Source: Oculina patagonica
Taxonomy: Eukaryota
NCBI RefSeq assembly: GCF_052425735.1
Contig: NC_135768.1
Location: 6,882,001-6,946,000 of the forward strand
Direction of reading: 5' to 3'
Length of the DNA stretch: 64,000 nt
Shown: one piece after another, positions 11,540 to 20,999 of the stretch
How the letters are laid out: each line of letters opens with the position of its first letter
How positions within the stretch are numbered: the stretch's first letter is position 1
Program-made: the position numbers and the translations under genes
The notes under the pieces: model-generated
Databases searched by the model: none
Seen by the model: only the letters and a program-made list of their open reading frames with translations
What the model was told of the DNA's origin: nothing

Positions 11540-11759
11540 CTTAGACTCGCCTGCCGAATCGCCGACCGGTACACCTTTTTTGTCTTTAATAATAGCAACT
11601 CCTTGCTTAGCACTGATCAAAATAGAGAGTTACCAGTGTGTGGCTAAACTATAGCCCAAAATAAGTCAGTTGATCTAGCGAGTTGGACAATAAACTCTAG
11701 CTATTTTAATTCATCGATTAACTTGTTGTATATGTCATGTCCTTTGTTATTAAAATAGT

Positions 11760-11936
11760 CAAACCCACAAGTTTCGAGCAACAAAAAGCAAGCATCACAT
11801 CTAACTTGTCCATGTTCATCCACGTATGGTATCTCAATGGTAGATAGTCGTGTCCATCGTAGATCCCTTCTGATAATTTCAGGATCTCTTCGAAGTCACC
11901 CGATGTGGCGAGGCGAAAGGTCAACTCTAGGTTCAT
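11760..11936 (-). pseudogene. 5' fragment of a NAT16-like GNAT (~59 codons)
   Basis: MNLELTFRLATSGDFEEILKLSEGIYDGHDYLPLRYHTWMNMDKLDVMLAFCCSKLVGL; homology then stops before motif A. Confidence 0.85.
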
Positions 11937-12650
11937 CACTAAACTCTCAATTCTTTCAACTTCTCTTCAGTTTTTTATCAAAAACAATGCAACCCTCGCT
12001 TCGCTGGATCTCGAATGATATGATAAAATTGATATGGTAAAATTTGTCACGCTTGGTGGCTTTTTCATGCAATTGTGCAATATAGTAAAAAACCCGCGAG
12101 TAAAAACTTAACATTTAATAACCTGTTAGGCTGAAACTGGCAAATTGGACTCTATTTTTTTGAGTACCTATTTAGCCTAGAATTCGAAAACAGGTTCAGT
12201 CTTATTTTCTAAAATTGATTAAAAATGCTTACTTTGGGAAAATAAGTTTGGACAAGGCTAAACTACATGAATACAAAGTCATGTTCTGAATGATAAGTGC
12301 TTCATTTTTGCATAAACACTTGTGTGGTATGCAAACTTACTACAAATAAAAGGCCGAATATCACTTAAAGCTCTATTACAACAATGTTAATTTTTTCTTA
12401 CAAAATATTAACCTAAATAGCCTAAATTTGTGTTAACTACCATTTATGCAGTTAGTTTGCAAGTTTTTTGCGTTCCAGAAATTAATCGGAGGGCTATAAA
12501 ATAAATTAATAAATAAACCCCTTCTGGCTTGCTGATATATTGGTGGATTATGCCCTTGACATTACGGCCTCGAAGCTTTGCTTCATTTTTCCGACAATCC
12601 CTCAGCCTCGGACATTATCCTTCAATATACCAGCCGCCTGAAGAGGCCTA

Positions 12651-12813
12651 CAGTTAACTCTCTCCTAGCGGACACCTCGCTATTACGGACACCCCGTTAT
12701 TACTGACAGGAATTGAAGCCCCGGCGAATAAGAATTACTGAAAATAACTCTCGTTACTACGGACTTCCTGTATAACGGACACCAAATGGTGGTCCCGAAG
12801 GTGTCCGTTACTG
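12651..12813. mobile_element. Degenerate Tc1/mariner(Tigger)-like MITE
   Basis: TA|cagttaactctc... with repeated (t/a)acggacacc motifs, ending ggtgtccgtta-ctg|TA. Confidence 0.55.
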
Positions 12814-13073
12814 TAAACCCAACGCCGAGTTAACTTCGATAAACACTCGAGTTGTATTACAAGCCTGTGAAGTTATCGATGGCGATTATAGACACATTCT
12901 TCTTTGTTTGCTTCACTTACGATGCGTTAATCTGAGCTGTTATGCAAATTTTGCGACTGCCGGAGGACATTTTGTTTTTTAATTTAAGTTGGCTGGGTAT
13001 TATGAATTCCGCGGAGTCCCAATTTCTAAAGTCCTCGATTTTTCGAAAGTCCGCCCAGTTACTCGAACTAGTA

Positions 13074-13853
13074 ATGTCCGACAGCAAGTTCGCCGCGGAT
13101 TACCAGCGAGTCTCTGCATCCGTTCAGAGAGGAGATGGAAAACAATTGATTGAAAAACTTTCGCAGCGCCTTGGAGACGCCATCTTGGATTTGGGTTGTG
13201 GTACTGGCGAGCTATCTGTTTATCTTGCTGAGCTTGTAGGACAAGATGGCAAAGTTGTGGCTGTTGATCCTGACATCAATCGAATTAAAGTGGCCCAGGA
13301 ATCTCACAAGGGAGTCAAAAACGTCACGTTTGTCGAAGGGAGCGCTGCCAACTTTCCCGGAATGGGTTCGGACACTTACGACATCATTTTCTCGAATTTA
13401 GTTCTGCACTGGATTCCGGATAAAGGACAGGCCTTCAAGAACATGTTTAGCAGTCTTAAACCAAACGGAAAAATTGCTCTGCATTATTATGACCGCCTAA
13501 CCGATGTAGTGGACCTTGCATTTCGTGAACTCAATCCAGAAAATTTGCAGCGTATACTTAATATGTATCACTTCAAATCTAGAGCAGAAGTTGACGAGAT
13601 GTGCATAGCGGCTGGATTTGACATTGTGGAGAGTTACTACGAGGAAATTGATCGCGAGTTCGAAAACTGTGAGAGTCTATGCTCATTACTACAGGCAACT
13701 ACACATGGCGCATTTGATCCACGGCTAGCGACGGAAGAAAGACTAACACGATTTTGCAGGCACTATGCGAGCAAAGAGGAGGCGACGTTGAGAATTTGTG
13801 ACAAAGAGGGTGACACCCGCAGCACATTGATTGCAGCTAAACCGGCCCTCTAG
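13074..13853 (+). CDS. Class I SAM-dependent small-molecule methyltransferase (Methyltransf_11/31; Tam/BioC/JHAMT-like), intronless, 259 aa
   Basis: Motif I ILDLGCGTG, post-I VVAVD, motif II YDIIFSNLVLHW, motif III LKPNGKI. ATG 13074 (MSDSKF) preferred over the upstream in-frame ATGs at 12942/13002. Confidence 0.88.
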   Translation: MSDSKFAADYQRVSASVQRGDGKQLIEKLSQRLGDAILDLGCGTGELSVYLAELVGQDGKVVAVDPDINRIKVAQESHKGVKNVTFVEGSAANFPGMGSDTYDIIFSNLVLHWIPDKGQAFKNMFSSLKPNGKIALHYYDRLTDVVDLAFRELNPENLQRILNMYHFKSRAEVDEMCIAAGFDIVESYYEEIDREFENCESLCSLLQATTHGAFDPRLATEERLTRFCRHYASKEEATLRICDKEGDTRSTLIAAKPAL

Positions 13854-14296
13854 GGCCTGCTCTGTTTATTTCGAATATCGACCGAGTGTTAAATTGCTTT
13901 GTTGCACAATTTACGGTCTCTTGATACTTACGATAAGAAAAATAGTTTCTGTTAAGAACTATACCTATTTATTCTGACTACAGTGCACAAAAAATACCCT
14001 GACTGCAAATGAATACTTTATTGGGTATTTTTTTTTTCATTATTCCCACTATTTTATGTAGTAGAGTTTGTATCAAAAGTTAATTCTATTGTTTGATTTG
14101 TATTGGGTTTACAGTTGTGTACATGCGATCTGAATACTGTGCTGGGATTGGTTTGCAACCGCATGAATATGTAATGAATTTTACAACTTTAGTTACTTCT
14201 TACTTAGTGGTTGACAGGATTATAAAGCCATTCAATTATAAGCCATTCAATAAAACGCTAACCACATGTGTAATGCCGCTGAAAAACATTGACTAT

Positions 14297-15081
14297 TTAA
14301 CAAATAGATTCCATTTTGCCGTGCGTCTGTTCAGTTATAGATCACAGATGACGTCAAAATGTGGTATGAACAGAGAAGTGGCCCACGAGGCGCTAGCCGA
14401 GTGGGTCACTGATGTTCATACCACATTTTGACGTCTTCTGTAAACTATAACTGAACAGACCCACGGCAAAATGGAATCTATTTGTTTTATATAATAACAC
14501 AAGACTTCGGCACACTTCAGTTTGAGCAATGCCGCCGTAAAGGTGAGCTAAGTTGTTTTGATTTCACTATTAAGTTTTCGTTAACACGAAGCACTGTTAA
14601 TCCGATTGAATAAACAGAAAAAATGGTCAATTGAAAGTCAATGAAAAAACTAACCTTTATTCCGATTTGGAAAGTTGTTCAAATCTGTAAGCATTAACCG
14701 AAGCGTTCAACCGCAATTCGTTTGGTTCCCGTGGCGTCGTCCAACTGTACAACATCGGTCAAACTTTCATACAGATTTCGGATAATTTCTCGAATAATTC
14801 ACTGTCTTCTTCAAGCTTGTTTCGCCCAGTTAAATGCTTCGAAAGGTGAACGATGCTTGGCGTATTGTTTCTCACTTAAGATTTGTAATTAAGCTGAACT
14901 TTTTTGCTTTGTTGTGGCCCCGCAAGTTTGAAAAACTTTGCCGACAACTCTAATTTGGACTATGAACTCTGATCACGCGCGCGAGTCACACCACCGCGTG
15001 ACGTCATCCATGTGTCTGTACTCTAATAGATCATAAGTAAGAACCAATCAAAATGCGCGTAGAATTCAGGTTATTATATAA
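14297..15081 (-). mobile_element. Non-autonomous element: terminal ~188-bp hairpin + inverted-repeat-bounded body
   Basis: Hairpin 14299-14486; IR ttatataataac (14487-14498) / gttattatataa (15070-15081); CCAAT at ~15044. Confidence 0.75.
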
Positions 15082-15482
15082 AAACTAGTAAAGCATATAT
15101 CAGAAAACAGTGTCAGCTCAAAGGGACATCCAAATTTATTGCCATGGTGCTCATAGCCATCTTAAATTTGTAAATAAAAAACATAGCTGTGAATCCTGAA
15201 ACACATATTTTTTAGAAATTTGTAAAAATGTTTGTTATGTTGATTAAAAAAAAATTACCAAATCTTCTTTTAACGTTACCACGGCAACGTATTTCGACGC
15301 AAACCTCGCCTCAGTTAATTCAAAAATATGAGCTAAAAGTTGTTCCTTGACCTAATTGTTGTAGCTGTGACAAAATACCAAAGACGGCAATGTCTAAACA
15401 GATACGAGCCATTTAAAAACAGAGAAATTGACACATATCTGCCCCCCTCCCTTTCGCTTCGTTTATCATCAGTTGAGTATAA

Positions 15483-16238
15483 AGGCCCGGCCAAACGCAC
15501 GCAACATTTCACGCAACATATCCCAACATTGTTCCGCACAGCATGTTGCAATCGTTTGGCCACCTTGTTGCAACAAGTTGCAACATGTTGGATGATGTTG
15601 GACCAAGTTTGAAAATAGTCAAATTTTTCTCCCAACATCTTGCAACATTTTTGGATGTTGCATGATGTTGTACTCGTTTGGCCACGTTCGTGCAACATTG
15701 TTGCGCTGGAGCATGCGCACTAGTTCGATTTGCGCCATCACAAAATCCAGCTCCCAGTTGGCTTGATAGCTCAGTTGGTTAGAGCGCTGCACTAGTATCG
15801 CAGAGGTCATGGGTTCGATTCCCGTTCAAGCCTGAATTTTTTTTCAGGCTTGCTTTTCTCAACTGCTTAAGTTGAGTACATTACTGCGATGATCTTTCAT
15901 TTGCTTAAAATACTGCAACATATCGCGACAGGGTGGCCAAACGCGTGCAACATGTAGTGCACAACAATGTTGCGATATGTTGCGTTTTTAAAATTTACTT
16001 ATTAACTTTTTTAATACAAACTTATTTATCTTCACATTTAGAATTTCTCTTTTTTGTTTGCGTGTTCCCAATTAGCAGCAATGCTAAATACCCCAGACAC
16101 GTTTAATATTAAGGTTTTATTGTTGTTGTTGTTGAAATGTTGCGCGCGTTTAGCCAGCTGCTTCACAACATCTCACAACATGACCCAACATTGTTGGGAT
16201 ATGTTGCGTTGAGATGTTGCGTGCGTTTGGCCGGGCCT
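15483..16238. mobile_element. PIF/Harbinger-type MITE (TAA TSD) with nested insertions
   Basis: TAA|aggcccggccaaacgcacgcaacat ... atgttgcgtgcgtttggccgggcct|TAA with many caacat/atgttg subrepeats. Carries a tRNA-like insert and a (TTG)n-tailed insert (~15986-16133). Confidence 0.9.
15760..15833 (+). tRNA. tRNA-Thr(AGT)-like sequence, most likely the head of a tRNA-derived SINE/pseudo-tRNA
   Basis: Acceptor stem GGCTTGA/TCAAGCC, A-box TAGCTCAGTTGG, B-box GGTTCGATTCC, anticodon loop CT-AGT-AT with an A:C mismatch in the stem. Followed by a cctgaa-T8-caggc tail and nested in a MITE. Confidence 0.6.
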
Positions 16239-16377
16239 TAACAGCTGTTATGCAAATTTTGACCTTGAACAGCTGTTGGACTTGAATATAAATGGCCGGG
16301 TGATATGAATTCAGTGGAGTTTCAAAGGTTGTTTCGCTAGGATTTTATTTCAATTCGTCGAACAATGCAATTTTACA

Positions 16378-16568
16378 CCCAAGTGACTTCGACGAAATTT
16401 AAAATTTTCAGAAGGGATTTACGATGGACTTGATTATCTTCCACTTAAAGACGTCTTTAATAATGATGAACTTAGAGCTAACGTTTCGGCTCGCTGTACC
16501 AAGTGACTTCGACGAAATTTTAAACATTTTCAGAAGTGATTTACGATGGACTTACAATGGACTTGATT
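16378..16568 (+). pseudogene. Two scrambled 5' fragments of NAT16-like copy 3
   Basis: ccaagtgacttcgacgaaatt...gattatcttccact (16378-16446) and atgatgaacttagagctaacgtttcggctcgct...ggacttgatt (16463-16568), both frameshifted. Confidence 0.85.
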
Positions 16569-16802
16569 GCGTGCGTTTGGCCGGGCTTTAACAGCTGTTA
16601 TGCAAATTTTGACCTTGAACAGCTGTTGGACTTGAATATAAATGGGCCGGGTGATATGAATTCAGTGGAGTCTCAAAGGTTGTTTCGCTAGGATTTTATT
16701 TCAATTAGTCGAACAATGCAATTTTACACCCCGATTTCTTGAAACAATTTTCCTTTCCCTTGCATGTTTCAGAAATCGAGTTTACATTGCATAGCGCAAA
16801 AA

Positions 16803-16912
16803 ACGTCCGAAAACAAGCACGCCGAGGATTACCAGCGGGTTCTGCATCCGTTCGGAGAGGAGGCGGAAAACATTAAATTGAAAAAGTAACAACGCGCCTT
16901 AAAGACGTCTTC
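16803..16912 (+). pseudogene. Decayed copy of the methyltransferase 5' coding region, now the leader of GNAT copy 3
   Basis: ACGTCCGAAAACAAGCACGCCGAGGATTACCAGCGGGT-TCTGCATCCGTTCGGAGAGGAGGCGGAAAACA aligns with 13074 ATGTCCGACAGCAAGTTCGCCGCGGATTACCAGCGAGTCTCTGCATCCGTTCAGAGAGGAGATGGAAAACA (ATG to ACG, 1-nt deletion). Confidence 0.9.
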
Positions 16913-16913
16913 A

Positions 16914-17858
16914 ATGATGACCTTAGAGCTAACTTTCCGGCTCGCTGTACCGAGTGATTTCGACGAAATTTTAAAATTTTCAGAGGGGATCTACGATGGA
17001 CTTGATTATCTGCCACTAAGATACCATGCGTGGATGAAGATGGACAAGATGGATGTTATGCTTGCTTATTATGGAGAGACACTTGTGGGTTTGCTTGCGT
17101 GTTCCATTGTAGACGATGAAAGGACAGTAATCTTTCGAGCAGGACGTACTTTAACGACGTTTCGCGGGCAAGGTGTTTATACCCAGCTATCACAAGCGAT
17201 GAATGAGTTCATACGAAGACAATACTCAAGTGTATGTCGAGAACGATCAGTTAGTCTAAAGAGTTTACATGCAGTAACGAGACTAACGAAACTTGTGCAG
17301 TTTGATATGTTGAAATCTTACGCTAAAAAGAATTTATGCTCGCATCACTTTTCTACAACTAATAATTCCATCCAAATTGAAGCTTGCACTAAAGAATACC
17401 TATGCAATGTTATTTTCTTGAGCCCTCAGGCGCAGACATTGTTCCCAGATAATGTCATCATCTTGGATTTTTTCCCAATGGAGCCTCTACGATCAAATAT
17501 CGATTACTGGCAGCAAGAAAACGAGTTGTACTTTGCTGTCGAGAAATGTAGCGATGGCGCTATTCCAAAATCGGTCAGCTTCGGTGTACTGTCGCCAAGA
17601 GCAAAATGTGTTCAATGGTCTGTGACTGTTTACACCAGTGATCCAGTTCTGTATGAAGCTCATCTTTTGTATCAATTCAAGCGAGCCTGCGAAGTTGTTA
17701 AAGGAGATTTCAGTTTTGACACGTTTCAAGATAAACGTTTAACAAACTACGGGAGAAGAGTGCTACAAGAACGATTGCAGCTGGAATTGGATGAACAGAT
17801 GTCCAAAATGTCAGTGGAACTGTACGAGGCGCGGTTCTTTCAGCAAATTCATCTTTAA
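16914..17858 (+). CDS. NAT16: NAT16-like GNAT, copy 3 (intronless, 314 aa)
   Basis: MMTLELTFRLAVPSDFDEILKFSEGIYDGLDYLPLRYHAW, motif A TFRGQGV; closest to copy 1. Confidence 0.88.
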   Translation: MMTLELTFRLAVPSDFDEILKFSEGIYDGLDYLPLRYHAWMKMDKMDVMLAYYGETLVGLLACSIVDDERTVIFRAGRTLTTFRGQGVYTQLSQAMNEFIRRQYSSVCRERSVSLKSLHAVTRLTKLVQFDMLKSYAKKNLCSHHFSTTNNSIQIEACTKEYLCNVIFLSPQAQTLFPDNVIILDFFPMEPLRSNIDYWQQENELYFAVEKCSDGAIPKSVSFGVLSPRAKCVQWSVTVYTSDPVLYEAHLLYQFKRACEVVKGDFSFDTFQDKRLTNYGRRVLQERLQLELDEQMSKMSVELYEARFFQQIHL

Positions 17859-18641
17859 ATGACAATAAATTCGTAGAAGCTTGCATATGACATATAGGCC
17901 TGAACGATACATACCATACGTTTACATTCGCATTTAGAACGTCACATGACAAAAAGGAATCAAAACTAGAAAAAGAATCGTAACCCTCGGACGTACAAGC
18001 AAACTCATCCCCCCACCATCGTACAAGGGCTAGATTGATTGTCTTAATTTAGACATAATGTAAAAGAAAGTTGTAAATAGGTAATTGTAACTTGGATTGA
18101 CAAATCCATATTATACCAGGGCCAGAGGCCTGCCAGTATAATTGAAATTATATAAACAAACGAAATGAGAAATATATGAGTCCTTACCCTCAAACCTAGT
18201 CTCTACCTTCCTTACACCGCGTAAAAAGATGCAAGAGGATCATGGGACCATGTACTTGTACAGGGGCACTATGGGATTGTGTCATCTTTAAGCCTGTCCC
18301 CGGTAGGGTCAGGCTTTGTTATGTGTTAAAAAATGGTTCGAAGCACAATAAGCGGAATTCTACCTGATGTTCTGTCATATATTTCGAACGGAGTTTGTAT
18401 AATATCATCCTCTTTGGGAGTTCAATAAACGTACGTATGATTCATTCGCGTACCGGCTACTGACAAAACGAGAGCGATTGAATTTGTACATTTGAGGTAG
18501 TTCTTACTATATACCTACATGGCTAAGTAAGCCTGATGGTTATTCCCTCATTATGACCAGTGTTAAGCAAGTGCAGGCTAGTATTTTTAGTAAAGAAAAA
18601 GATCAATTGGACCTGAGCGACAGGGCTTAGGAGCGAATACC

Positions 18642-18972
18642 ATGTTCTAACAACTTGCAAAGCGGGCAATTTATGCTTTGATCAGCGATGTTTTCATGTG
18701 CGCGAAATTGGAAAGTAGGTGGCTGTCTCAGCGAGTGTAGTGCAAGCTTTCACTACATTTGTGTCCGTGTCTACTGCTGCATTGATACGGACCGAAATTT
18801 ACTATTCATGTTCTCACAACTTGCAAAGCGATCAATTTATGCTTTGATCAGCGATGTTTTCATGTGCGCGTAATTAAAAAGAAGGTGACTGTCTCAGCTA
18901 GCGTATAGTGTAGGCGTTAACTGCATCCGTGTTCAAAACTGTCGTACATATATGGACCGGGATTTGCTATTG
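18642..18972. repeat. ~165-bp tandem duplication (2 copies)
   Basis: catgttct..caacttgcaaagcg..caatttatgctttgatcagcgatgttttcatgtgcgcg at 18642 and 18807. Confidence 0.8.
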
Positions 18973-19476
18973 ACGGTCCATGCGTTTCATTTGGACCGTC
19001 ATTATTCTCTCTTTCGGACCGTCATTTGTGAAATATGGTCTTTAGGTGTCACTCGAAAGATCGCCCTAATCACGATCCAAATACAGAGTGTACTTAGAAG
19101 AGAGCGATGTTGAAAGAAAGATCAATGACAAGGAAATGCAAAAATCTATAACTAAATATCTCCCAAAACTTTAATTCCATAGCAATAATTCATCAAAACG
19201 ACCATATTATGTACACCTCACAAAAGGTCTTATTTCAAAAAAAAGTTTAAGTTAAGTTTTACAAGATAATTTTTTTCTTATGATGCCAAAAAGGTAGCAC
19301 AAAGATTGTAGGGTAATAACGATCTACCCAACAAACATCATGAATAATTTCAATCTGATACTTAGCTATGAAAACTCCCATAATTACATGAGAAATTTTG
19401 ACCCTTAAATACCCAACTGCATTATTGCAAACTCATTTGTCCTTTAACATTCCCCTCTCGGGTTATTAATTCAACA

Positions 19477-19510
19477 TTAATTAATTAATTAATTAATTAA
19501 TTAATTAATT
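19477..19510. repeat. (TTAA)n microsatellite
   Basis: About 8 perfect TTAA units. Confidence 0.9.
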
Positions 19511-19905
19511 ACAATAATTACTTTCTGGGGGGCTGACCTCAGAGAACAAGGCATACCACTGGCTCTTACATAAATACAGTCACAACAATTCCCCTGAGCT
19601 AAAAAAGCAATAAATGTAGCGTTAAAATGGGCAAATGAAAATAGAGGTACCAAAGAGGGAGTGGTTTACTGCTGAATGCTGGCACACAAGACCTAACATT
19701 GATTCTTCGTTGTTGTGCTCTGCAACTGTTTCAATGCAATGTGACGTTTATTGAACAGTTTCTGTGTTACTTTATGGCGCGCTAGCATTACTTTGTGAAA
19801 GAAAATTAAACATAAAATGGAATTGACCGTGGTACCACGCAACAAAATAAGCGGTATATCATATTCTATGGAAACCTTGACATTTTGTTGTATTTTGTTC
19901 CATTA

Positions 19906-20315
19906 TGTCCAAAATGTGTCAAATTACAGGAGCTTGGTATAATTTTGTTTTGTATTTTGCAAAAAAACCTATTTTTTACTCCAGTTTTTTTTAGTCTGTT
20001 TTATTTCATTGCGTTAAGAAACAGTATGCGCTTTAAAATTTGTATCATTTTCTATGGAGCCTGGACATTTCAATGTACTGATTTTGTTTAATTTGTGTCC
20101 AAAATATGCCAAATAACAGCAACTTGGTATCTTTTTTCTTCTTTATTTTGCAAAAAAACGCTGTATTTTTACTCCATTTTGTTCTGTTTCAGTCTTTTTC
20201 ATTTCGTTTCATTTTGAAACAGCATACGCTTTTGTTTTTGGAACCTGAATATTTCATTGTATTTTGTTTAATTCATGTCCAAAATATATATCAATTTACA
20301 ACAACTTGGTATCAT
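19906..20315. repeat. Degenerate ~185-bp tandem repeat (~2.2 copies)
   Basis: tgtccaaaat...cttggtat recurs at 19906, 20096 and 20276. Confidence 0.7.
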
Positions 20316-20999
20316 CATGAGGGCCACGAGTTCATCAGTGTTTACTGTTAAGTGTCACCCTCGGAAAATAAAATAAAGTTGATCATCATCATCATCATCA
20401 TCGATTTCAAGGGGAAGGGTTAAGGGGGGGGGGGGGAGAGGTTGCATCTCCCCAAAGAAAAGTTACTTGTATTCGTCCTGTTTCGCTGCAAAACCCTCTA
20501 AGGTCTTGCAACTTTGTTTCTTATATTGTTTAATCCTTCGCCCATCGCTGATGAGCCTGGGCTCCGTTGTTTTGATGCTAAGGGCCATACAATTAACTGG
20601 CTGCAGAGCATGGAACCCATTTTTCTCCGGCTGTTTTGTACCCGGAGTCCTGAAGCTCTAAATCCCTTTAGGGCCCTTAAGATTGTTTAAGACTGTGATG
20701 GATGTGGGACGGCAAACTTGAAAAAATTCAAGTAAAAATTTGCAGGCTAATGGTTCGCTTTGTTTCTCTGATTTAGCACCAGAAAAGAGGGTGGTGTTTT
20801 TATACCGCCATCTTAAAGTGGGCATTAAAAATAAAAGTATAGCGATGTTTGCTGGCAAGAGATATATCTGACTCGTTTTTTGGGACAATGGAAATGTTTG
20901 AATTTACTTTCCAAAGGTAATTTTGAACCCTCCTGGTACACAATTGACCAACCATCGCTTCTAAAAAGCATGTTAAATGCACAGTTGTTTTAATGTACG

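Noticed and set aside
12942-13073. 44-aa N-terminal extension of the methyltransferase ORF
   Set aside because: No family-like features, and the region aligns with the non-coding promoter of GNAT copy 3. ATG 13074 is preferred, though not proven.
15275-15288. X-box-like gttaccacggcaac near the GNAT cluster
   Set aside because: It lies in transposon-like sequence far from a gene start; a similar half-site occurs inside the Kolobok-like element at ~48570.
15760-15833. Functional tRNA-Thr gene
   Set aside because: Anticodon-stem mismatch, repeat-type tail and nested position in a MITE favour a SINE/pseudo-tRNA; kept only as tRNA-like.
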